Shown: positions 26,381-38,963 of the stretch, piece after piece
Numbering within the stretch: position 1 is the first letter of the stretch
Layout: every line of letters begins with the position of its first letter
NCBI RefSeq assembly: GCF_964355755.1
Contig: NC_092678.1
Span: 13,328,352 to 13,392,351, forward strand
Reading direction: 5' to 3'
Length of the DNA: 64,000 bases
DNA from: Antedon mediterranea
Taxonomy: Eukaryota; Animalia; Echinodermata
Translations under genes and position numbers: made by a program
Notes under the pieces: model-generated
What the model saw: the letters and a program-made list of their open reading frames with translations, nothing else
The model's database searches: none
What the model was told of the DNA's origin: nothing

Positions 26381-27648
26381 CTAGATGGTACGCTCGCTTC
26401 GCTCGCGTACCATCTAGGTCGTGCCCACAGATGGTTCTTGAATACGCGTAACAAAACTGGCGATTTCAAATGTACGTATTGCAGGACTATAATACATTGT
26501 CGTTTACAGAAACGAATAAATAGACACGATGATTTATGTAGTCAACTAAAATTAGCACCCTGGGAATTACTTCCGAAGGAGAAACTTATCACAAAATGAG
26601 TCCAATTTTTTTATTTGGACTCATTTAAAGAAACCCAATTTGTGTTTTGTATGTAACATTAGGGTTGAGGGATGGGAAAGCGGATAGGTACAAAGAGGAA
26701 CAATTTTAAAATATATTTTTTTTCCACTCAGTAACGAAATATTTTTGTCATGTTTTATAGGCCTATAAATAATATACCTCTAAATACAGTAAAACATTTG
26801 CGATTTAATACTTTGTTAAAACTGTCACTGTCATAATCTATTGAAATATTAAAGTACATGTCACGATACACCACTACGACGTTTATATTTTTGGTAATTA
26901 TTAATTAATACAAACGTTGAGAAGGAACTGTCAGTATAAAGTTTATTTGTATATAATGATGTGTTTATATATCTAACAGTAGAGCCTATCCACAATCTCA
27001 GTAATAAAGTTTATTTGTATATATTTTTATATTACATCTAACAGTATGAACATTCACAGTAAGAAATTTTCGATTCAAATTAGTTAATAGGTATTTACAG
27101 TATTGTTCAGGTTTATTCTCAAAGGGCCCATATATTTACCTACCGTATGTGTTAAACCAAGGGCTCATAAATTTACCTACTTGGGTTAAACCAAACTCTG
27201 GCAGACTGAGAGATTGGGATGTTCCATTCATCGCAAATCAATACATTTGTATAATCGTATATTAAATCTATCATAATAGTATTTTTTAAAGAAAATCGGC
27301 CTGTCTTCAATATGATGCTGTACTCTAGCTGTTTAACCGGAGGAGATAGGAAAATGCGAAGCCTCCTCGCATTTTTGTGGTGGGTATTTTTCAAGATGGA
27401 CATCCATTAGACAGTGTATACCACGATCGGAAAACACCCCTATTTGGGGCAAATCGTTGAACCTAAATTCGTTTTAATCGTCAAAAATATCTAATTATTC
27501 TAACTTAATTTAATTACTAAAAAGGGTTACATCAGGTGGTTAAAATCAGTACCGAAAGTACGAACCAACTTTATATACCATCGAGTAAAAATTCTAGAAG
27601 TAAGGCGCGATTTACCGAATTTTGCCCTTACGTAAATTTATATATAGA
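26381..27648 (-). mobile_element. Non-autonomous Helitron family 1, copy C
   Basis: Same TC/CTAG ends and hairpin, inserted in an AT dinucleotide; ends 45 nt before LRR exon 1. Confidence 0.92.
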
Positions 27649-27693
27649 TACAACAAACTGTAACTATTTTCTCCAACTGTTTTTATTTTGAAG

Positions 27694-27765
27694 GGATTTA
27701 AGCAGTAACGGCATTACTACTTTGCCTGAAAATGCATTTGTTGGTTTGACATCTTTGGTTACACT
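27694..27765 (+). CDS. CUB-LRR gene, 72-nt LRR exon 1
   Basis: ttttgaag/gtaagt, phase 2-2; LDLSSNGITTLPENAFVGLTSLVTL is a typical 24-aa LRR. Confidence 0.9.
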
Positions 27766-28392
27766 GTAAGTGTTTTTTTCTCATTTTGTTTTCTTAATTG
27801 CAAAAATTAAAATAAATCATGTTAATTGTGAAATTATATAGTTTTAACTGTTAAATCTTACTCCCAGCTGTTCCAGAAATATGAATTAAATGCAGCGCCC
27901 CAACGTTTCATAGCGTTTTATGGAGTAGCGATTCCGAAAACATATTGTATACAAACCACATGAGGAACCCGGAAGCAATCAAGCATAAAACGACTCTTTT
28001 TTAATAGCCAATAAAAACAAATAAAGACCGCGAAAGTCAGAAAAATAATGAATATTGATTAGAACAACCATGGATGAAGGTGAAAAACATGTTGTCGTCG
28101 TTTTATCACGTGGATTTTAAGAGGTAATGTAATTGAAAATTGTACACCCAACGCCAGTTTTTTTCTCAAGCGATACATTTAAAAAGTAGGTATAAATGTT
28201 GTTTTCAATATCAGTTTAAAAATAATTTTTTCTGTTGAATTCTTTGATTTAGTTGGATACTTTAGTTATCCTTGAATGTTTTAACAAGGATCGTATTCAT
28301 ATTGCCTGGCTGGATTTTTTCCTATGCTAGCTTATAATAGGCTATGCCCAGGCCCCCTTGCGTGGTTAAAACCAGCTGTGTAAGACTAATGG

Positions 28393-29309
28393 CTGTTTAT
28401 TTTTAACACGTAAACATGTATATTCGGAGGGCCTGAGTGACAGTTGACCTGTTATAAAGCTGATTAATTACTTGTTCCTGGTCCTAATTAAAAATTAGGC
28501 CTAGTCTAGGCCTAAGCTTTTTTAATAATCATTCATATTGGGAGAGGAGTACAGAGTAGGCCAGGCTACAGGCCTAGCCTAGTAGCCTAGCTAGGCCTAT
28601 ATTATATAATAGGCTAGGCTACATCATCAGCAGGTTAAAGGCTAGCAGCATACCTAGCATGTCTTAGTCAAAGATCTGTAATATATTAATAGAAAGAAGA
28701 TATAGAGTACTGTGACATTAGATATTTAATCATAAATGCATATTTCTTTCATATTTGTATTGTATATTTATTATTTTGATATGCAATCACAATCTAAATC
28801 AGTAAATAACATCAATTTCCGTTATCAATAAATAATTATTAATATATAAACCAAATTAAAATAAAATAACTGTTTATTTTTAACACGTAAACATGTCTAT
28901 TCGGGGGCCTGAGTGACAGTTGACCTGTTATAAAGCTGATTAATTACTTGTTTCTGGTCCTAATTAAAAATTAGGCCTAGCCTAGGCCTAAGCTTTTTTA
29001 ATAATCATTCATATTGGGAGAGAGGAGTACAGAGTAGGCAAGGTTAAAAGCCTAGCTAGGCCTATACTATATATATGCTAGGCTACATCATCAGCAGGTT
29101 AAAGACTAGCAGCCTACCTAGCATGTCTTAGTCAAAGATCTGTAATATATTAATAGAAAGAAGCTATGTGACATTATATATTTAATTATAAATGCATATT
29201 TCTTTCATATTTGTATTGTATTATATATGCAATCACAATCTAAATCACTAAATAACATCAATTTCCGTTATCAATCAATAATATATATAAACCAAATTAA
29301 AATAAAATA
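28393..29309. repeat. Tandem duplication, ~477-bp unit x2
   Basis: ctgtttatttttaacacgtaaacatg...ccaaattaaaataaaata starts at 28393 and again at 28870; the second copy has small deletions. Confidence 0.9.
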
Positions 29310-32089
29310 GCTTCCAAAAAATTAAATTCAATTACAATTCATATACCATTTGTTAAATATTTACAAAATCATTGTTCTAGCAATAACACACAAAAATACT
29401 ACCATTCATACAGTATACTGTACATAATAATATGCAATACTTTAACAATTAACTGAGAAATAGCAAACTATTCCTCAACTTTTCTCCACTTAGTTACCGG
29501 CCTAGTTACTTCATGCTGGATCTCAGGTGAAATAAACGTCAGATGTGACTTCATGATTTCCCACAAAACTTTTTCCATGGTACTGCTCTCGAGGAATTAA
29601 TTTTTTCTAAATACCTCGTCCATTTTTGTACATAGAGGTCCAGTTTCAAATCTCTTGGTTCATAGTAGTTCACTGCACAGTATAAAATATATAAAAGAAA
29701 TATGGCATTAATTTTTATAGTATTTGCATGTTTTAGACATAATTTTAAAGGTGTATAATGTAGGACTGACCAAGTCTTTGACCTCTTGTTCTTTTAGATT
29801 TAGTCTGTGGCCAGTCTCTGCAATCTTACTATGCTGTTTTGTCACAAGTGACACTGAGAGTTCATTTCTTAAATGCTCAAGATTCACTTCTAAAGACTGG
29901 ATTTTAATCATTGTACTTTGTAGCATGTCGATGTGCTGCAGCTTCTGATTTTCTCTTTCTGCTAGATGATCACCTGAGATTAAACAATATTGGTCAACCA
30001 AATAAACGTCAATCTGCATAAAAAATGAGCATCAAACTTATTATATTTAAAAAATGTTAACAACTATTTCTTGTAGCAGATAATGATAATATATGGATAA
30101 TTCATAGGAAAATAAGTTCCAGCAAAAGGTTTGCTTTATTATGCATAAAAACAAGATAAACAATTTTGAAATGCTATGCTCAAAGGGACAATGTATATTT
30201 AAAGAGCAACTTGACCAATTGAGTTATTATGTAATGTCAATATAAAGTTGAAACAACATTTGAATTTACCAGTCAAGATGTCAGCATCCTGTCGCATGTT
30301 GAATATTATAACATATTAACACCTGGAAAAATAGTTCATTGAGGAAATATTTAATAAAGAAAAGAGGTATATTTATAAATTACTGTAATTACGTAACAAT
30401 TGTTTGTTTCGACAGTTATTTTATACTAACTATGTTCTTTAATATGAAGTACAAACACACATTTCATTGTTTGGAGTGTGTATTAAACTTTCTAAAGAGG
30501 TGGTTATGATTATTTACCTACCCTGTTTAATTCAATGTCTACCAGGTATGGCCTAACAACGTTGTGCGATATTGTTTTGCTTCTTTTTGTCACTGCCATG
30601 GTCTACAAAAGACTTGTAGGCCTTGAGGAACATTGTTGGTTCTGATGTCATCTTGATTACAAAAACAATAGATGCAACTGTACTTTCCTTTAAAAATAAA
30701 ACAATTTTTAAATCTACAGTACTTCAAATTTTGTGTCCAAACAAATCCAAACAAGAGAGCTAATAGCCAAAATATTAAACCATTATTATGCTGTAAAAAT
30801 GTATTAATATTAAGGCCTAGCCTAGGCTGTGACTGTCACTCAGTCACACCAGCTAGCCTAAAAATGCACCAGGAAAGCAATAATTATTATTATAAACACA
30901 TGCCATTAATTATTTGGTAACAGTTATAATGATTACATTTAGGATTAGGGTAATTAAAGGTTTAACTATTACGAATGTTCTATGTTTCGGCCTAGCTTCA
31001 TTCTAGGCCCACATTACTGTCACGGTCATCGCGGGCGTCAATGCACTTTCTAAGCCTATCGCCAAACCGTTTTCTCGCCGATAACAATAACAATGTATAA
31101 AAGAGTTGCAAAATATGCGAGTTTTACTAAAAACTGAACCAGGCTATATTAACAAAACTAGTATTATTTTGTTTATATAATAATGATGGACTATATTCTA
31201 GTTCGTTCTTTTTCTAAAAAAATGAATTATATCCAAAAATTAAGTAAAGAATACAATGATATTTTCTACTTACGATTGTTTACTATTTCATTACACAGTT
31301 TATCTCAACTTCCTGGTTTATGTGCGGGAGAGTATTTCAGTAAAATGGACAATATCCTTGTTTATTTATTAATTTATAGTAAAGAAACAATAAAATATTT
31401 ATTTTTTAATTGAACATACACTTTTTTTAATCGTTTAGTTTTGTATAAAATGTTTTTACTACATAAAAACTGACGATAGCGAAATTTAATTTGGCGTTCG
31501 CGAAATAATGGTTTGTAAACAACAATTATATGTCCGCGCGACTCGGGGGAGGCTCGTCTGCTAACACTGAGGGCGCTTGACTTTTTCTGATACCTTAACC
31601 CTAGTTGAAACAGCTGTGTACTTAATCGTAAATCAAGGTACGTTAGATTCTGTTAATTAAAGTGAAGCGTGTTGGTGGTATGACTGTGAACAATAACAAC
31701 AATATAATCTTTATTGTTAAAGCGGATAAAAGGGTATTTTAGTTGATGATTTTAAGTTTTAAGTTGTATTTATTGTATATTGGATATTCAGTGTCGTTCT
31801 TAAATCCACCGATGTTGTTGTTACAGTCGTTGATCCTTACATACGTATTATTTTGATATAGAAAAAACGCTTCGTATCTTTCAGTTTCCCTTTCCCTTGC
31901 TACAGAGAACAGCGAATATAGGTTAAATAAATAAAACAATAATTATCCTGGAAGAATCGAACTGAAGAATAAAAAACAGCACTACAGTTGCACAATGGGT
32001 TAACCCAGGCCTAATGTAGGCCTAATGAATATCATAATTAAAGGCACTAAGATATGTTCGTGAATTATAGCTTGGGGTCATGTTGTATC

Positions 32090-32720
32090 ATTTCGTGATC
32101 TGACCGCCCAATGCCTGGACATCTCTTTGCTGTATAAGCATTGTTAAAATTTCCATAGCACTTATCAAGTATAATATAGTGCCTTCTCTCGTAGCAACAT
32201 TTACATAATGATGAAGGTGTGTAATTACCTTTGAAAGCTCTTTATGAGATCCTTTGTTGAACTCTAGCTACTTTGAAGTCTGCTTTCGAGTGTATATAGA
32301 TAATGGTGACTAGAACCTGCTAGAATTCCCTTGGCAAGTAAAAGGGAAGAAGAGCAAATACTAATACATCCAGGTTACAAGAACAATTTTGTGATCCATG
32401 ATCCGAAACAGATTCATTTAGCCAAGTTTCAATGAGCGCCATAAGGCAACTGTCCCTGTATTCGAATAGGTATACTTGTATTTGCAGCCAATTCACTAAA
32501 CGTGTTTTTGAGTGAGTGAGCATTACCAAAAATAACAAATGGCATTGGAGGGTTGAATTTTTTCCTTCGAAGTTTGATTGCGTCTTCCACATTTTTCACG
32601 CTTCCTGTGACGTGTTTGATCCATCTCTGACGGAACAGGTTTCGACCAACTAGGCTTATTTTAATGTTTGTACCGTTATATCGACCCTCTTTAATTTTCA
32701 CTGACACGTAATATATGTCA
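32090..32720 (-). pseudogene. Rex1/Babar-like LINE endonuclease fragment
   Basis: PMPFVIFGNAHSLKN, YRDSCLMALIETWLN and PFYLPREF are motifs characteristic of the Rex1/Babar APE. Boundaries approximate. Confidence 0.75.
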
Positions 32721-33271
32721 CAGACAAAAGTGTCGGGTAGTAAAAGTTAAACGCAAATGGTAATTTGCATAGAACTAGTCAGGTGTATTACCGTATATAA
32801 GAATTGCTGAGGAATGTATTAAGTACACCTCACATCAACCTTGTAGAGAAGGGAGGTGTCACACCTCAGCAATAATACAGATTGACCATTTGCTGTCCGT
32901 TGGGCTGAAGTTGGTACCAATACGTAACTGTTTGACCACTATTTGTAGTAAACCAAGCCGAGTATACAAATGAATGTTTATGTATGTGGATTGTAATTGG
33001 TATTGAACAAGTCCACGAAGAAGTGACATAAAGAAATAAAGACATTCAGTTGCTAATATTATATATCTGTATACTTTTAATTGCGTTCTTCAGTAGCCAT
33101 ATCATTAACTTCAATCTAGGCGTGACAATATACACACCAGTACAATACAGATACAATATTTTACGGTCACTATTTTGTCCACTGACATACACACCAAAGT
33201 ATTTTCCACAGAAAAGAAAACCTCAACTCATGAACTGTTATTTACCAAGTGTTCATGTATTTATTTTGAAG

Positions 33272-33343
33272 GGAGTTAAGCATTAACGGCATTACTGCAT
33301 GGTCTGGAAATGAATTTGTTGGTTTGACATCATTAGTTACACT
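33272..33343 (+). CDS. CUB-LRR gene, 72-nt LRR exon 2
   Basis: ttttgaag/gtaact, phase 2-2; LELSINGITAWSGNEFVGLTSLVTL, a close paralogue of 27694-27765. Confidence 0.8.
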
Positions 33344-33574
33344 GTAACTGTTTATTCTCATTATTTTCCTTACTTGTAAACATTTAAAAGCTTTACAGTT
33401 GTAAGTAAATCTGGTGAAATTATGCATTTAAGGGTAGGTTTAACTGTTTCTAAATACCATGACGTTGTATTAGGCATATAATATAACTTGTAAAATGACG
33501 GTACACTATCCATTCATGCATTTATTTTCTTTAGTTCGGATAGTACATCCATATGCAAATCATAAAAAAAAAAC

Positions 33575-34350
33575 TGAAACAATTTCATCAGTAAATTAAA
33601 AATAGAAGCAACTTCCACAAAACCAACAACCTACAATATCCTAAAATACCAATTTGCACCATTATTAAAGCAAACTCTAAATGAGTTCACAGTACCTTCA
33701 TTGAATTTACTCCATAGAGTCATACAGTATACGTTAACGTTTTGAATAACTGACATTTTACTTCAACGAAACATTTGGAGAATGTCTTGCATAATGTAAT
33801 ACACGTATTACAATACAGAATACATTAATTTAATGTAACTATTTCAACCACTGACACATGCAACTGTAACTATTTTTCTAATACAGAAAAGACATCCTTC
33901 ATAAAGGATCGTGATTTTGTTTACTTACTCTTACTTATATTTCGTTAAATATATTTACAAGAAGAAACAATTTCACCAAGAAATTAACAATCATTATAGG
34001 CAACTTCCACAAAACCAACCTACAATATCCTAAAATTGCAATTTGCACCAACGCTGATGTAGGTTGTATTGTGGAAGGACGTTAACTATGGTTTGAATCA
34101 GACTATTGTAACTGTCAAATATTCATAGGGAATATTCGAGGGAGCGTTATTCGTTACAAACATCATGCTTGCGCTATTATAACTAGGAAATGTCAGTAGC
34201 TTACGCAACCCGTTATTAAAGCAAACTCTAAATGAGTTCACAGTACCTTCACTAGAGTCATACAGTATACATTAACGCAAACGTTTTAAAAAACTGAAAT
34301 TTCACTTCAACGGAACATTTGGAGTATGTCCTGCATAATGTAATACAAAT
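33575..34350. repeat. Local imperfect duplication
   Basis: gcaacttccacaaaaccaac...ttattaaagcaaactctaaatgagttcacagtacc...gcataatgtaatac occurs at ~33607-33803 and ~34000-34346; the second copy has ~165 extra bp. Confidence 0.75.
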
Positions 34351-34432
34351 CATACACAAAACAAAAAGAGAAACAATTTCACCAGGAAATTAACAATTAT
34401 AAGCAATACCACAAAACTAACAACTTAATGTA

Positions 34433-35300
34433 TTAGCTTTGATACACAGAACTAGAGTTACAAATCACATGACGCAAGTATGTTATACAGTCAACAAATT
34501 CAAGGTCAGAATGGTTTAGCTTAACACTAGGTATACTTTGTAACTGACGTACATGGGGACATAATAACATAGACTTGGATGTTGTAGTATTGTACACAAT
34601 ATATCGATTCGTAACAAAAAGTTCACAAACATTAATGAGATTCTGTACTCCAAACGCAGAGGGAGCTATGGAAACCATGTCATCAGCGTAAACTGAGACA
34701 ATTAACTTTCTTATCACCAATAGTACACTCATGATTGGACTTTCTAAGTTGTACATTAAGATCATCAATATAGAGGCTTAATTGTAAAGCCGTGGAGACA
34801 TTACACCCCCTCGGTGCACACCGTTAGTAACAGAAAAGGGTGAAGAGACACAATGTCCCATTTAACAACAAATTCTTGATTACCATAGCGCAAGTAAGCA
34901 AGGTAAACGTGTCAACCGTGAATCCCGGATTCTCACAGTCAGACAAATGTAGATTACAGAAATTCTGTACAGAAATTAAGGAGTTCTGCACCAAAGTGCA
35001 CAACACTATTTTACAGTTATCATACTCTTCAATCATATCTTTATATTTTAGTTCATAAAGCCAGCGCAATTTTCATTGCAGTCATATGGTAAGTATACAT
35101 TGACAAGCAATGTTTATTATTATCTATACCTAGCTCAATAGTGAATATTGTCAGCTAGATTGATGTACCTATCAGAACTATATAAACTCTTTCTAAACAA
35201 TGTAGTTACACCTTCATGAGGACGTCCCGAGATGCGGAGGTATTTGTAGACGACGTGCCATAACAGTTAAAATCATTATGCACCGTTTTCAAGAGGTGAC
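34433..35300 (-). pseudogene. Highly degenerate LINE RT/APE remnant (RTE-X-like)
   Basis: SVTNGVHRGGVMSP (~NGVRQGGxLSP) and YADDMVSIAPSAFGVQNLINVC; GRPH at ~35220. Boundaries approximate. Confidence 0.6.
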
Positions 35301-36306
35301 GCTCATCATTACATAGTCACGTTTCGTGCAAATAAAATAGCTGGTTAGACAGAACACCAGGCTTACCTTTCGTTTTACGAGATACCTTTTCGACCGTCTT
35401 ACATGCAGTGTACACTTCAAAACGTGCTCAATTGCCCTAACGTGGAAGGTGTATTTCCTAAGCAGTGTATTCTAACTTTACGCACCATGTACCCACGGTC
35501 TGGGATGATCGAATAAACCAACGGGTTTTAGCGTTCTTCCAACAAGTACCATTTACCGGTGTCCTTTTTAAATAATATAATCTACATGTCGACTGTGTGA
35601 AAACGACCATTAAATCATACTTAAGGAAAGGGTTAGATTGGTCAGAATGTTTATAATTTGATATTAAATCTCATAGAGTATTTCTATAAATAAACCAAAC
35701 GAGAAGATTAAAAGCACAAATTGGAAGATTAACATTTGGTGAATCTTCAAAAGACAACAAAAGTGTGATGAGACCCAGAGACATTATAAACTCCACTGCA
35801 GTCATGATAAATAATTCACTGTCCATATTCACGAATTTTGCCTCCTGGCATGAATGAACTGTATGTTTTCTCAGCAAGAAGGCCGAGCAAAACCTTTCAA
35901 ATGGATGAAAGAAAACTCTCAAATCCACAAAGAGGTAGGATTTCCGAATTCCTGAAATACGCAGTACACCTTATTATAACCTTAATAATGTCTAATGAAG
36001 ACTAGTTACTCACGATAAACAGTTGCTTGAAGAGAGGGAGAGGGCATTGTGATTTTACTTAACCAAGGTATAGTTTTTTACAGCTCCTGAAATATAGTTA
36101 AAATTTTGACGTTTTCTAAATCTCGATTGATTTCTAAGTGAGTATAATACAGTAAATAAGTCAAGTTAAACCAAGTCTTTGTTAAGGTGGAAGTTTTTAC
36201 CTGAAAGAAATACTAGGAAAAAACAATTTGTATATCGTTCACGTCTAAGCCCGGTGAAAGCCAAACAATTGCGTCAAAACACCATAGAAACGGGACTAAC
36301 AAAGGA

Positions 36307-38898
36307 ATGTACAGTGCTGCACAGGCTGACGGTGACAAAATCAGCAGGATGAACGGACAAACAGTAAACAAAGAACGTAGTGTAGTGAAGCCAATCTTTT
36401 TGAAGGCTGATCAAATACCAATAGGAAAAAGCTTTTTCAAAGATGAAGACCTATGTATAGCCCTACTAAAAATAATTGCTGCAGAAAGTATAATCGGTGT
36501 TCAAAAAATACGGAACCTATGGCGAATTTATCTAAACTAGATGGTACGCTCGCTTCGCTCGCGTACCATCTAGGTCGTGCCCACAGATGGTTCTCGAATA
36601 CACAGTAATTTCAGCGTAACAAAACTGGCGATTTCAAATGTACGTACCGCAGGACTATAATACATTGTCGTTTACAGAAACGAATAAATAGACACGATGA
36701 TTTATGTAGTCAACTAAAATTAGCACCCTGGGAATTACTTCCGAAGGAGAAACTTATCACAAAATGAGTCCAAATTTTTGATTTGGACTCATTTAAAGAA
36801 ACCCAATTTGTGTTTTGTATGTAACATTAGGGATGAGGGATGGGAAAGCGGATAGGTACAAAGAGGAACAATTTTTAAATATATTTTTTATCCACTCAGT
36901 AACGAAATATTTTTTTCATGTTTTATAGGCCTATAAATAATATACCTATAAATAAAGTAAAACATTTGCGATTTAATACTTTGTTAAAACTGTCACTGTC
37001 ATAATCGATTGAAATATCAAAGTACATGTCACGATACACCACTACGACGTTTATATTATTGGTAATTATTAATTAATACAAACGTTGAGAAGGAACTGTC
37101 AGTATAAAGTTTATTTGTATATAATAATGTGTTTATATATCAGTAGAGCCTAACCACAATCTCAGTAATAAAGTTTATTTGTATATATTTTTATATTACA
37201 TCTAACAGTATGAACATTCACAGTAAGAAATGTTCGATTCAAATGACGACCAAAAATAGTTAATAGGTATTTACAGTATTGTCAAAGTATTGCAAGTTTA
37301 TTCTCAAAGGGCCCATACCTACCGTATGTGTTAAACCAAGGGCTCATAAATTTACCTACTTGTGTTAAACCAAACTCTGGGATGTTCCATTCATCGCAAA
37401 TCAATACATTTGTATAATCGTATATTAAATCTATCAAAATAGTATTTTTTTAAGAAAATCGGCCTGTCTTCAACATTCTGATGCTGTACTCTAGCTGTTC
37501 AATCAGTTTTCAGCTATTAAAAACAATTATCGTAGGAGGAGATAGGAAAATGCGAAGCCTCCTCGCATTTTTGTGGCGGGTATTTTTCAAGATGGACATC
37601 CATTAGACAGTGCATACCACGATCGGAAAACACCCCTATTTGGGGCAAATCGTTGAACCTAAATTCGTTTTAATCGTCAATAACTAATTACCTAACTCAA
37701 TTTAATTAGTAAACAGGGTTATGTCAGATGGTTAAAATCAGTACCGAAAGTATGAACCAACTTTATATACCATCGAGTAAAAATTCTATAAATTAACCGA
37801 GATTTATCGAATTTTGCCCTTACGTAAATTTATATTATAGATAATAGAAATGATAGAGTGAAACTAATTACGAATGGACTAAACATTAGGAATTGTAATA
37901 TTACAATTCATGATAAAAATCCTTATTTGGCATACAACAACATGGAAACAACGAGAATAGTCATAAAGGATATACCATTATCGGTTGCTGACGTAGAGAT
38001 TGCTAGCAAGTTGAAAGCGCTAGGATGCAAACCAATATGAGATGTTACAAGGCTAAAAATAAGGGTTAATGGTCAGTTAACCAGCTGGCTAAACGGTGAC
38101 AGAGCTGTCGTTGTAGAAAAGCTAAAATCGCCAATACCAAGACAGATAATAATAAATGGTTTTAGAGCACGGGCTTTTCATGACGGTCAGGAAGTGAATT
38201 GCAACAAATTTACAAAGACTGGGCATTTAGCTTTTCAATGCAAAGCTGATATAATCTGTTTCAAGTGTCATTTACCAGGGCATACTAGGGACAGATGTAA
38301 TGTTGAAGCGCATAATGTATCATCATCTGGTTCACCTGGTGCATACATTAATAAAGTTTGGGAATCGGTTTTTAACTTTGAAAACCCAACAAATAATAAT
38401 GCTAACGATAACCACTACGGGAAAAGAGCTACGGTACAATCTGATACAGAAACACATGATGAAGTGTTTAGTATTGATGGAAGTAGTGAATCATCAGATG
38501 ATGAAAATGCGCAGAAAGAAACAAGTGTGATCACTATAGAACAACACACAAACCAAAATGAGCAGGAAGATGATGACAGAGAGGAGCAGAGAGAAGAGCA
38601 GGAAGTAGACGAAAGAGAGGAGGAGGAAGTTGAAGAAGGAGAGGAACAAGAAGTACCGGGGAGAAAGTACCAGAAAGCTGAAGAAAGAGAGGAGCAGGAA
38701 GTTGGGGAAAGAGAGGAGCATGAACAGAAGAAGGTAACTGACTACTTTGAAAAAAGTATGCAAAAAAGTAAAAGTGTTAGCACAAACAAGAAAGCAGCGA
38801 GAGATCTGAAGGAACAGTCCGGAAATGAAGGCAGGACAGAAGAAAAAACAAAGAGTATTGAAAAAAGAAGTTTAAGAAAGAGAAACAAAAACAAGTAA
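36307..38898 (+). pseudogene. Tx1-like ORF1 (zinc knuckles, acidic tail), split by Helitron D
   Basis: 36307-36536 joins in frame to 37842 onward (WRIYLN-NRNDRVKL). One internal stop at 38038-38040; CFKCHLPGHTRDRC knuckle; E-rich C-terminus. Confidence 0.85.
36537..37841 (-). mobile_element. Non-autonomous Helitron family 1, copy D
   Basis: Same ends as B and C; removing it restores an AAT codon of LINE ORF1 exactly. Confidence 0.95.
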
Positions 38899-38963
38899 TT
38901 TAATCTTAATAATATGTATTCTAAATATTGTAATTTCCCTAGGAAGCTCTTTACTCTAATCTT

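Noticed and set aside
38560-38730. Glu-rich segment as a separate gene (and antisense ORF 38494-38763)
   Set aside because: It is the low-complexity tail of LINE ORF1; the antisense ORF is its shadow.
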